Below, in pieces: positions 1-8,036 of a stretch of 12,523 bases of DNA. A program made the position numbers and the translations under genes. The DNA lies in the NCBI RefSeq assembly GCF_006345805.1, contig NW_021826587.1:1-12523 (forward strand), written 5' to 3'. The first letter of the stretch is position 1. Every line of letters begins with the position of its first letter. This stretch comes from Octopus sinensis. Taxonomy: Eukaryota. The notes under the pieces are model-generated. The model was not told the DNA's origin. It made no database searches and saw nothing but the letters and a program-made list of their open reading frames with translations.

Positions 1-432
1 TACTCAACATCATTTTCTCTTCTCTACTATGTCTTCCATTGCAGTGGCAAGTACTTTCTTGTGTGTGTATGTGTGTGTTTGGTACGTTTATGTTTTTGTG
101 TGTGATGGTAGGCTATATCTTTTAGTCAAGGAAAGAGGCACTGCACATAACCCTTGACATCGCTTCTGAGGTAGGGTTTGGAATATGGAAGTATGCTGTT
201 ATCCTCAAACCAGAAACCTGGCCCAAATGCCCAGATGGTGCTCGCAAAAAGTGGACTCAAAAACTAAATAGCATTATTAGACCAGGCGACGGGGTTAACC
301 ATATAACTCAAAATTAAGCCTACCGCATAAGAAGAGTAGGTTGTAAAAAGCGGATACAAGAACGGATCCCTGTAGTACAAGTATGTTTGTGGAAATTTTA
401 ATATTTGGAAATGCTGTACACATACTCTGAAT

Positions 433-726
433 CACTGTTTCTCAACCATTTTTTTACCTTTAGATCTCACTTTGATTCCGATATTGTTTTCGGTGGAACT
501 CTCATAGCCGTTCCATGTTTAAAATATCTTACTGTATTTTTGTAATTAAATTTTATTAGGAATTATATAAAAAAAAAATATCTTAAAATATTTTGTGTAA
601 AGTAGAAGTATGACCGATTTATCGCAGATCAATTTTAACAACAAAATATATGGACCCCTAAATTTTAACAGAAAAATGGTTATATGGACCACTAAGGGTC
701 ATGTGGACGCTGGTTGAGAACCATAG
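433..726. mobile_element. hAT (Charlie-like) non-autonomous DNA transposon / MITE, complete
   Basis: Imperfect 15-bp TIRs CACTGTTTCTCAACC (433-447) and GGTTGAGAACCATAG (712-726). Flanking 8-bp target duplication CTCTGAAT (425-432) / CTCTAAAT (727-734), 7/8 identical. CAGTGGTTCTCAA-type TIRs with 8-bp TSDs are established hAT hallmarks. AT-rich non-coding interior. Confidence 0.85.
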
Positions 727-871
727 CTCTAAATACATAGTTTTGATGACCTGATTTGTAGTTTATTAAATAGTATTTTTGTGTAGTTTCTTTAGGCGGG
801 GGTTGAGTATTTTAAGAAAACGGGAAATGGAGTTGAAACCATTACTAATGTCGATGGGAGTTATAATGATG

Positions 872-898
872 AGTGTGTGTGTGGTGTGTGTGTGTTTG

Positions 899-944
<46 letters not shown>
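872..944. repeat. (TG)n microsatellite
   Basis: Interrupted TG run seen directly; it explains the CV-rich ORF 779-967. Confidence 0.95.
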
Positions 945-947
<3 letters not shown>

Positions 948-1248
948 TAACGACTGGAAGGTTTTAAGGTGATTATAATTTTTGGTCTTTTTATATTTTA
1001 CTTGTTTCGGTCATTAGACTGCGCCCATACTGGAGTACCACATTGAAAAACTTTTCTTCTAATGATTCGACCCCGGTACTTATTTTCTTTTTTTTAAAAG
1101 CTAGGTACTTGTTCTGTCGGACTCTTTTACCGAACTGCTAAGTTACAGCGACGTAAACAAATTAACATCGGTTGTCCAGCAGTGGGGAGGTGGGTAAACA
1201 CAGTCACAAATACACACACATGTATGTATGTATATATATATATATATA

Positions 1249-1452
1249 AAGTTAATCCAAGCAAGAAAGCATAAAAAAACACAACAACGCGAGGACGTGG
1301 AACAAGTATAGTATTATTGGACGCTCAGGAAAGAAGGAAAGAAGGAGGTTTTAATGTTTCGAGCGGAGCTCTTCGTCAGAAACATAGGAAAAGGAAAGAT
1401 CCAGAGAAGGGAAGACAGAGGAAAAAAATCGCCAACGGTACACACGAGGTCA
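1249..1452 (-). mobile_element. Putative Penelope-like element terminal-repeat fragment inserted in the SINE's internal microsatellite
   Basis: About 200 bp of purine-skewed non-SINE sequence between (TA)n and (CA)n, containing a minimal hammerhead motif. The Penelope-like assignment is inferred from that motif. Confidence 0.55.
1348..1385 (-). ncRNA. Minimal type I hammerhead ribozyme motif, possibly decayed
   Basis: Minus strand reads AUGUUU-CUGACGA-A-GAGC-UCC-GCUC-GAAA-CA-UUA-AAAC. This gives the conserved CUGANGA and GAAA cores, a 4-bp stem II, a GUUU/AAAC stem I, a minimal stem III and an NUH site (UUA). Confidence 0.65.
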
Positions 1453-1454
1453 CA

Positions 1455-1529
1455 CGTATGCACACACACACACACATACATACATACATACATACATACA
1501 TACATGCATACACATACATACATATATAT
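1455..1529. repeat. (CA)n/(TACA)n microsatellite inside SINE A
   Basis: Seen directly. Confidence 0.9.
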
Positions 1530-1749
1530 GATGAGCTTCATTCAGTTTCCGTCTACCAAATCCACTCACAAGGCCCCAGACTTTAATAGAAGACAATTGC
1601 TAAAGGTGTCACGTAGTGCGACTGAACTTAGAATCATGTGATTGGAAAGCAGGCTTCTTTGCACACAGCCAGGCCTTTGCCGAATGTGTAAGCGGGTGGG
1701 AGAATATTACTCTTTGCCCTGACTGAAAATCTAGACTTCCAATTCTGCC

Positions 1750-2106
1750 TTATCTCAACATTCAGATAACTCTGTCAAATGTAATGCTTATTTATTTTAA
1801 TTTAATCATGCACTAACCTCGTAGCTTCAAAGATTACGATGATGTCATTGTTTGGTCTTAGAATGAATGACATTGTAGGGTAGGTGTGAGAGGCTAGATC
1901 CAGTTGGATTGAATATAAAACAGGTAGGATCTTTAGGTCGGATCTTTCTGGTTTAAATAGCTTCAAGGTTACGGTGACGTGATCGTTTGACATTGAATGG
2001 AATGACATTGGAGGGTAGGTGTGAGAGACCTGATCTGGCTGGTTTGAACATGAAACGGGTGGAAGATTTAGGCCAGATCTGGCTATTTTAAATGCCAAAG
2101 GGTTAA
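1750..2106. mobile_element. piggyBac-like MITE with an internal ~136-bp tandem duplication
   Basis: The right end AAATGCCAAAGGG|TTAA (to 2102, TTAA at 2103-2106) fits a CCCTT-type TIR plus TTAA target site. The left end is degenerate (ttatctcaacattcag, ~1750). The duplicated units start with agcttcaa at 1823 and 1959. Confidence 0.65.
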
Positions 2107-2113
2107 TCTAGAA

Positions 2114-2763
2114 GATCTGTTTTACTTATGAGTACTATTTTACTCTAGTGGATCCCTATCGCCAACTGATGTTTAAGAACTAGTTTTATAGAAACTTCTT
2201 TCAAAATTCTGAATCGGGGGTTGGAAACATGTTAATCTCTCTCTATATAAACAGCAAAATGTCTGTGTGTGTGTCCTTTATACAAATCCACAATTTTTCA
2301 GTTAGAGGGCTCGCACTTTCTATGGTCATTCAAAACCGTCCAAGGGTGGTCGTGCACATCTTTACATTTCCCCAGCCACCCCGCAAAGCCATTAAAAAAT
2401 CAATAGAAGTGACTTTTTTGTGAATTTTCTATCCAAAACTCAATAAAAATGCCCGAAACTTGATACGCCAATTGAATGCGAGCTAGCTGTATGTGATTGG
2501 TCGGAGATTTGGACAGTACTCGCGTGTATGTGCGCACGCACGCAGCTGTATATGCATGCACTAGCACTATGACCCGGGGTTGCCGGGTTATAGTGCTAGT
2601 TCTATATAAAACAGAGAAAGGAACCTATCGGTTTTGCAATAAATATATTTGAAGCAATTTTTTTCGTGAACCCTTAAAATACTGCTGTGGATTCCCTATT
2701 TACTATTTTCCTTGCATGACCCCCCACAAAATCTTATATGAACCCCCAGGTTGAGAACCATTG
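2114..2763. mobile_element. Second hAT-like MITE, left TIR not recognisable, interrupted by a Helitron
   Basis: Right TIR GGTTGAGAACCATTG (2749-2763) matches that of the 433-726 element. ~2137-2180 resembles ~483-525. Possible TSD ATCTAGAA (2106-2113) / ATCTAAAA (2764-2771), uncertain because the left TIR is missing. Confidence 0.6.
2236..2599 (+). mobile_element. Non-autonomous Helitron
   Basis: Begins with TC (TCTCTCTCTATATAAACAGCAAAATGTCTGTGTG) after an A and ends with CTAG (2596-2599) before a T, with no TSD. It has a terminal GC-cored hairpin at 2561-2599. These are established Helitron terminal features. Confidence 0.8.
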
Positions 2764-2910
2764 ATCTAAAAAGAATTACCTCCCCTTATGATAGCTGATC
2801 ACCAGAGGCACGCCACATGGGTTACTTCTTGTATAGCGTTTTAGTCGCGTGAATTGCTTTAGATGTATGTGTGTTATGGTTTGGAGCGGGATTATGGTAT
2901 AGATTAGTTC

Positions 2911-3433
2911 TTCAAATTCCTCCGAGGTCGACTTTGCCTTCCATCCTTTCGGGGTCGATAAATTAAGCACTAGTTACGCACTAGGGTCTATATAACCGAC
3001 TTAATCCGTTTGTCTGTCCTTGATTGTCCCCTTTGTGTTTAGCCCCTTTCTCTCTCTTTTTTACTTGTTTCAACCATTTGACTGCGGCCATGCTGGAGCA
3101 CCGCCTTTTAGTCGAACAAATCGACCCCAGGACTTATTCTTTGTAAGCCCAGTACTTATTCTATCGGTCTCTTTTGCCGAACCGCTAAGTAACGGGGACG
3201 TAAACATACCAGCATCGGTTGTCAAGCGATGTTGGGGGGACAAACACACACACACACACACACATATATATGTATATATATATATATACGACAGGCTTCT
3301 TTCAGTTTCCGTCAGCCAAATCCACTCAGAAGGTTTTGGTCGGCCCGTGGCTATAGTAGAAGACACTTTCCCAAGGTGCCACGCAGTGGGACTGAACCCA
3401 GGTAGTAAAGAAATAGTGGGTAGTAAAGATATA
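2911..3433 (+). mobile_element. tRNA-derived SINE family B, 5'-truncated, split near its tail by a SINE A copy
   Basis: 2911-3048 reads ttcaaattcctccgaggtcgactttgccttccatcctttcggggtcgataaattaag...agcccctt, and its core matches 10862-10915. Tail-like ggtagtaaagaaata resumes at 3401-3433; that this is the family tail rests on my recall of the consensus. Confidence 0.8.
3051..3400 (-). mobile_element. SINE family A, lacking the first ~60 nt of the head
   Basis: Close match to 4387-4797 from the tail (ttacttgtttcaaccatttgactgcggccatgctggagcaccgcc) to the B box (gggactgaacc). Confidence 0.92.
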
Positions 3434-3839
3434 AGTATAGATTAGTGCTGACTGGGATTAAAACCTTTAGAGAAATATTTAAGGGCCTGTGAGCCTGATG
3501 ACTCTGTATGATGTTATTTCACTTGCGCTTTCGGGCTTTTGTTAGTTTTCCAGTTGGCAAGAGACTGAAAAGAAAAAACGATAAAATAATAGGAAAATAA
3601 CTCTGACAAGCAATTAAGTGTTTGAGTTTTATTGTATGTATATTTGTTGTTTTATTATGTGTAGTTGTTGTTTTTGGTGTGTTTATTTGTGATGTTGTTT
3701 GTTTATTGCTTTCTGACTTTTTCTAAGAACCTCAGTGCCAAGTAAAAGACTAAGAGAGCAGCGGGAGGTGTGGTCGTTCAGTGTAAAAGCCACAAAGGCA
3801 TCTTCGTCAGATGCACAGATTTTGATTTAATGTAGCGGC

Positions 3840-3890
3840 AGATAGACAGATAGATAGATAGATAGAGAGGGGAGAGAGAGAGAGAGAGAA
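3840..3890. repeat. (GATA)n-(GA)n compound microsatellite
   Basis: Seen directly. Confidence 0.9.
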
Positions 3891-4277
3891 AGGTTCCGAC
3901 TGTCTTTTCATGTGTCTGGATTTCAGAGATAAACAGATATACGACTGATAGAGATACGACAGTGAGACGGTGTTCTCGGTTTCGAGTGTGTCTCTAGTAT
4001 TTATGTTTGTCTGTCTGAGGTTTTTAATACAGAGAGATAGGTTTGATAAGACACAAGTGAATGGGATTTGGGTAGGGGATACATCTCTTAATGTTGCAAC
4101 CTCTACCCGTTATCACTATTGTTAAGGCTTATTAAGCGCTCGAAATAACAGCCAAATCTCCCTAACCAAAAAGTTACAATTAAACTGACGTGGTCGTAAG
4201 ACAGGAAAAATGTCGGGATTTACATTCAGTAAACGGTTTTTACTTTGATTTTTAGCGCGAAAATACAACGGACAAAT

Positions 4278-4311
4278 GACACACACACACACATAGACAC
4301 TCGCACGCAGA

Positions 4312-4363
<52 letters not shown>

Positions 4364-4386
4364 GCACGCACATACCCACACATATA
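4278..4386. repeat. (CA)n microsatellite with variant units
   Basis: Seen directly. Confidence 0.95.
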
Positions 4387-4797
4387 CTCTTTTTACTCTT
4401 TTACTTGTTTCAGTCATTTGACTGCGGCCATGCTGGAGCACCGCCTTTAATCGAGCAACTCGACCCCGGGAATTATTCTTTTGTAAGTCCAGTACTTATT
4501 CTATCGGTGTCTTTTTGCCGAACCGCTAATGGACGGGGACATAAACACACCAGCATCGCTTGTCAAGCAATGCTAGAGGGACAAACACAGACACACAAAC
4601 ACACACACGCATACATATATATATACATATATACGACGGGCTTCTTTTAGTTTCCGTCTACCAAATCCACTCACAAGGCTTTGGTCAGCCCGGGGCTATA
4701 GCAGAAGACACTTGCCCAAGGTGCCACGCAGTGGGACTGAACCCGGAACCATGTGGTTGGTAGACAAGCTACTCACCACACAGCCACTCCTGCGCCT
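4387..4797 (-). mobile_element. SINE family A, full length (~410 bp), best-preserved copy
   Basis: Minus strand shows a head AGGCGCAGGAGTGGCTGTGTGG with a pol III A box TGGCTGTGTGG (4776-4786) and B box GGTTCAGTCCC (4733-4743). These are followed by a conserved body, an internal (TA)/(TG) microsatellite, a 3' stem-loop GCGGTGCTCCAGCATGGCCGC and a repeated AGTAAAAG tail. It probably corresponds to a published octopus tRNA-SINE family (OK/OR1/OR2); I cannot verify which. Confidence 0.93.
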
Positions 4798-4809
4798 ATG
4801 TACATATAT

Positions 4810-5162
4810 CTTTTACTCCGTTCAGTCTGCAGCCATGTTGGAGCGCCACCAGTTTTTAGTCGAATGTATCGATCGACCCCAGTAGATTTTAAAAATAATT
4901 CGGCACTGATTCTATCCGGCCCCTCTTGCCATACCTCTTAGTTACGGGGACGTAAACACACCAGTACCAGCCATCAAGTGTGGTGGTGCGAGGAACAAAC
5001 ACTGGTACAAAGACATATACGATGGGCTTCTTTCAGTTTCCGTCTACCAAACCCGCTCGCAAGACTGGTAGAAGACACTTGCTCTAGATATCACGCGGTG
5101 GGACCGAACCCGGAACCATGTGGTTGGGAAGCAAGCGTCTTAACTACACAGCCACGCCTGCC
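4810..5162 (-). mobile_element. SINE family A, older diverged copy with internal deletions
   Basis: Same order of blocks as 4387-4797. A and B boxes are recognisable (cacagcca, gggaccgaacc), and there is a deletion between cgcaag and ggtagaagacac. Confidence 0.88.
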
Positions 5163-5184
5163 ACATGTGGAACTCCGTTAGTGC

Positions 5185-5350
5185 TTTTTCTTTATTTTTT
5201 TCTATTTATTTGTTTCAGTCAAATGACTGCGGCCATACTGGAGCACTGCATTTAGTCGAACAAATCGACCCCAGTACTTATTCTTTGTTAGCCTAGTACT
5301 TATTTTATCGGTATTTTTTGCCGAACCACTAAGCTACAGGGACGTGGACA
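5185..5350 (-). mobile_element. SINE family A, 3' half only
   Basis: tttgtttcagtcaaatgactgcggccatactggagcac...gccgaaccactaagctacagggacgt, running directly into the TACA array. Confidence 0.88.
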
Positions 5351-5780
5351 CACATACATACTTGGATACAAAAATATGTACATACATACACACATACATA
5401 CATGCATGCATATATACATACATACATACATACACACATACATACATACATACATACATTCATACATGCTTGCATACATGCATGCATACATACATACATA
5501 CATACATACATACATACATACATACATACATACATACATACATGCATGCATACACACACACAAACATACATACATACATACATACATATATACATACATA
5601 CACACATACAAACATACATACATACATACACACACAGAAACATATATACATACATACATACATACATACATACATGCATGCATACACACACACATACATA
5701 CATACATACATATATACATTCATACACACATACATACATACATACACTCACATACATACATACATACATACATACATACA

Positions 5781-5810
<30 letters not shown>
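5350..5810. repeat. ~460-bp (TACA)n tetranucleotide array with CATG, CACA and AAAC variant units
   Basis: Seen directly; it is the source of the HTYI and MYVC ORFs. Confidence 0.97.
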
Positions 5811-5811
<1 letters not shown>

Positions 5812-5864
5812 GGTAAACATTTCAATTAGAATACCGTTGGAATTACTAGGGAAATGGTATCTTG

Positions 5865-5868
<4 letters not shown>

Positions 5869-5908
<40 letters not shown>

Positions 5909-5975
5909 ACGCGCGCACATATATATACGTGTATGGGTGTATACGTATTGATGTATGTATGTATCTATCTATCTA
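5869..5975. repeat. (CA)n followed by (TA)/(TATG)/(TATC) low-complexity sequence
   Basis: Seen directly. Confidence 0.85.
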
Positions 5976-6299
5976 TATGTGTGTGGGGGAATAAGGGAAG
6001 AGCAGGGTTGATTATCGGAAGAAGAATGTGAAGTGGTTTAAACTTATTGTTCGGCAGATAAATTAGCGTCGTAGGGTCAGGGGATGTGGGTAGGAGGTGA
6101 AAGGATTGTGGTGCAACAATAGAAAATGGGAGGGATTGAGTCGGATGGTTTTGAAGGTGGGGCGGGGGGGGGGAGGATATTGTTAATATAGGGGAGTCAG
6201 TGGGAGCGAAACGTAAATACCGAGAGACAACATATATGGAGCGAGGGGTGGTAGTGCGATGGTGAGCGGGGGGTAATGATGGAGCGTATGTGTGTGAAT

Positions 6300-6430
6300 C
6301 TGAGAGTGGGAGAGAGGAGGAGAGAGAGAGAGAGAGAGAGATAGAGGAGCGGAGAGAGAGAGAGAGAGATAGAAGGAACGGAGGGAGAGAGAGAGATAGA
6401 AGGAGCAGAGGAAGAGAGAGAGTGAGAGAA
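6300..6430. repeat. (GA)n tract with three ~27-28-bp higher-order units
   Basis: GATAGA(A)GGA(G/A)C(G/A)GA recurs at 6340, 6368 and 6395, separated by GA runs. Confidence 0.85.
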
Positions 6431-6599
6431 AACCATGGTGTGTATGTATAAGAGCAGACAGTAACTTTGGGTGTATATTTTCTATATACACAGGCTGCAA
6501 GTATTGTGTGTATACATAAATACACGGGCTATGGGTATATTTATATATACATACAGCCAAGTTTGTTTGTATAACTATTATATATACAGGCCTCATGCA

Positions 6600-6745
6600 T
6601 ATTTGCGTATGTATTTATATACATAATATATTATATTGTGTGTATAATTATATATTTAGGCTGTCCTTTGGATATATATATATGTATGATGTTATATATA
6701 TATATAATATATTATATATATATATATTATAATAATATATATATT
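6600..6745. repeat. AT-rich low-complexity / degenerate (TA)n
   Basis: Seen directly. Confidence 0.8.
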
Positions 6746-6788
6746 CTGATGTGTCTGGTGAGAGTAATTTTCTTGTTGGCCTTATAAG

Positions 6789-6867
6789 AGTCAAGATTAT
6801 GAAAAGTTGCAAGACGCACGAAAATTTTAGGAGAATAAAAATAAGAAGAAAAGTGGAAATTTTACCG
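6789..6867 (+). other. Candidate small exon (5'UTR or short coding)
   Basis: Perfect donor CCG|GTGAGT at 6867/6868. A pyrimidine stretch ttttcttgttggcctt precedes the AG at 6787-6788. One frame is open (ATG 6799: MKSCKTHENFRRIKIRRKVEILP). I recognise no homology. Confidence 0.2.
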
Positions 6868-6981
6868 GTGAGTATGTTAAATTATAAGGCACAAGAAGGA
6901 AATGACTTTCCCCAGACACACAGAATATGCTTCAACACACGAATTCATATAAAGAGTCTTAGAAGCCAAATCCTAAAACGA

Positions 6982-6982
6982 A

Positions 6983-7013
<31 letters not shown>

Positions 7014-7050
7014 GTATAGAGAGAGAGAGAGAGAGAGAGAGATACATATA
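6982..7050. repeat. (TA)n-(GA)n compound microsatellite
   Basis: Seen directly. Confidence 0.9.
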
Positions 7051-7052
7051 TA

Positions 7053-7152
7053 ATGATCCGGTTTTTGACTGAAGATTGAAGCTTCGAATGTCCCGTCCGG
7101 GTTTTTTGTATCGTCTCTAAATGTTTTGCGTTCTTGTCGCAGGTTGTATTTT
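7053..7152 (+). mobile_element. Unclassified ~100-bp interspersed repeat, copy 1, between microsatellites
   Basis: Aligns by eye at roughly 80% identity to the reverse complement of 11831-11932 (ATGATCCGGTT-TTGACTGAAGATT...GCTTCGAATG...AATGTTTTGCGTTCTTGTC). Confidence 0.8.
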
Positions 7153-7157
7153 TATAC

Positions 7158-7199
<42 letters not shown>

Positions 7200-7218
7200 T
7201 TATATAATATATATATAT

Positions 7219-7261
<43 letters not shown>

Positions 7262-7265
7262 TATA
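7153..7265. repeat. (TA)n microsatellite
   Basis: Seen directly. Confidence 0.95.
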
Positions 7266-7380
7266 CATACATACTGCAAAGTGGCAGAATCTTCAGAAAT
7301 TTATTCCATTTCTATGCAATATTCATTCCGCTTCTCTGAGCTTTCTTCAACCATTTTTGGGTTCGTAAATTGAATACAAA

Positions 7381-7570
7381 GCAGCGAGCTGGACGAGTTG
7401 TTAGTGCGTAGTTAGTGGCATTTCTTCCGGCTCTTTACGTACTGTGTTCAAATCCTGCCGCGACCAACTTTGCCTCGCAAACTTCGAGGTCGATAAAATA
7501 AAAGTGCCAGCCAAGTACAGGAGTCGATGTAATCGAATAGTCTCCTCCCCGCAAAATCACGGGCTTTGAA
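7381..7570 (+). mobile_element. SINE family B, near full-length, diverged
   Basis: Head gcagcgagctggacgagttgttag and B box GTTCAAATCC (7446-7455), then aactttgcct...cgaggtcgataaaataaaagtgccag...gtcgatgtaatcga, matching 2911-3000 and 10862-10980. Confidence 0.8.
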
Positions 7571-7672
7571 CCCTGCAGCAGACCGATCTCATTCCCTTAT
7601 ATATGGCATGGAAACCGCGCCTTGTGAATTCTAGAGCTTACGAAAATAAGGAAAGATGAGGGAAATAAACTA

Positions 7673-7857
7673 CAGGCGTGGATGTGTGGTTAGAAGCTTG
7701 TTTTCCAACCACATGGTTCCGGATTCAGTCCCACTGCGTGGCACCTTGGGCAGGTGTTTTCTACTATAGCCTTGGATCGACGAAAGCCTTGTGAGTGGAT
7801 TTGGTAGACGGAAAAAGAATGAAGTCTGTCGTGTATATATATATATATATATATTAA

Positions 7858-7889
<32 letters not shown>

Positions 7890-8036
7890 TCGCTCCTCCA
7901 CGATCGATGATGGTGTGTTTATTTGCCCATAACGAAGCGGTTCGGCAAAAGGGACAGATAGAATAAGTCGACTAAAACCCTTTAAGGCAGTGCTCCAGCA
8001 TGGTCGCAATCAAATGACTGAAACAAGTAAAAAAAA
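7673..8036 (+). mobile_element. SINE family A, plus-strand copy with an internal deletion
   Basis: Head aggcgtggatgtgtgg, B box ggattcagtccc, internal (TA)/(TG) tract at 7834-7890, a deletion at gaataagt|cgactaaaa, and tail gtgctccagcatggtcgcaatcaaatgactgaaacaagtaaaaaaaa. Confidence 0.92.

Larger units (their letters stand above)
987..1676 (-). mobile_element. tRNA-derived SINE family A, diverged full-length copy interrupted by an insertion
   Basis: 3' half 987-~1225 (ttttacttgtttcggtcattagactgcgcccatactggag...) and 5' half ~1530-1676 (cagtttccgtctaccaaatccactcacaagg...cacacagcca) both match the other copies in the window. The middle microsatellite holds the 1249-1452 insert. Confidence 0.85.

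Noticed and set aside
30-60. Possible acceptor (polypyrimidine tract + CAG at 42-44) and microexon TGGCAA; similar acceptor-like site near 3553
   Set aside because: The following donor is non-consensus and there is no supporting reading frame.
120-365. Unassigned segment with a 7-bp hairpin (317-323/336-342) and a possible 3-4 bp pseudoknot to 350-353; considered as an HDV-like ribozyme or LINE leader
   Set aside because: I could not build the nested double-pseudoknot of an HDV-like fold, and pairings this short are expected by chance. There is no second copy in the window.
2776-2815. Faint resemblance to the U1 snRNA 5' end (TTACCT...GATA.C.TGATCAC)
   Set aside because: Stem I is not formed, there is no Sm site, and the similarity does not continue.
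3798-3814. CTGACGA on the minus strand within the hairpin GCATCT-TCGTC-AGATGC; a similar CTGACGA occurs near 8300, and CTGATGA near 3495 on the plus strand
   Set aside because: None has a stem II closed by GAAA with a compatible stem I, so these are not hammerheads.
3746-3835. 29-aa open frame KTKRAAGGVVVQCKSHKGIFVRCTDFDLM, loosely like a CAP-Gly C-terminal motif
   Set aside because: It is bounded by stops, has no start codon or credible acceptor, and lacks the GKNDG motif.
4730-4797. tRNA gene-like A and B boxes here and at 7381-7460 and 7673-7740
   Set aside because: These are SINE heads: no cloverleaf, and each is continuous with a SINE body.
7069-7089. Canonical hammerhead in the TA-embedded repeat (CTGAAGA...GAAT; also in copy 2)
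   Set aside because: It has GAAT instead of GAAA, and I could not form stem I or a stem II adjacent to the core in either type I or type II topology. I kept it only as a hint in the findings.
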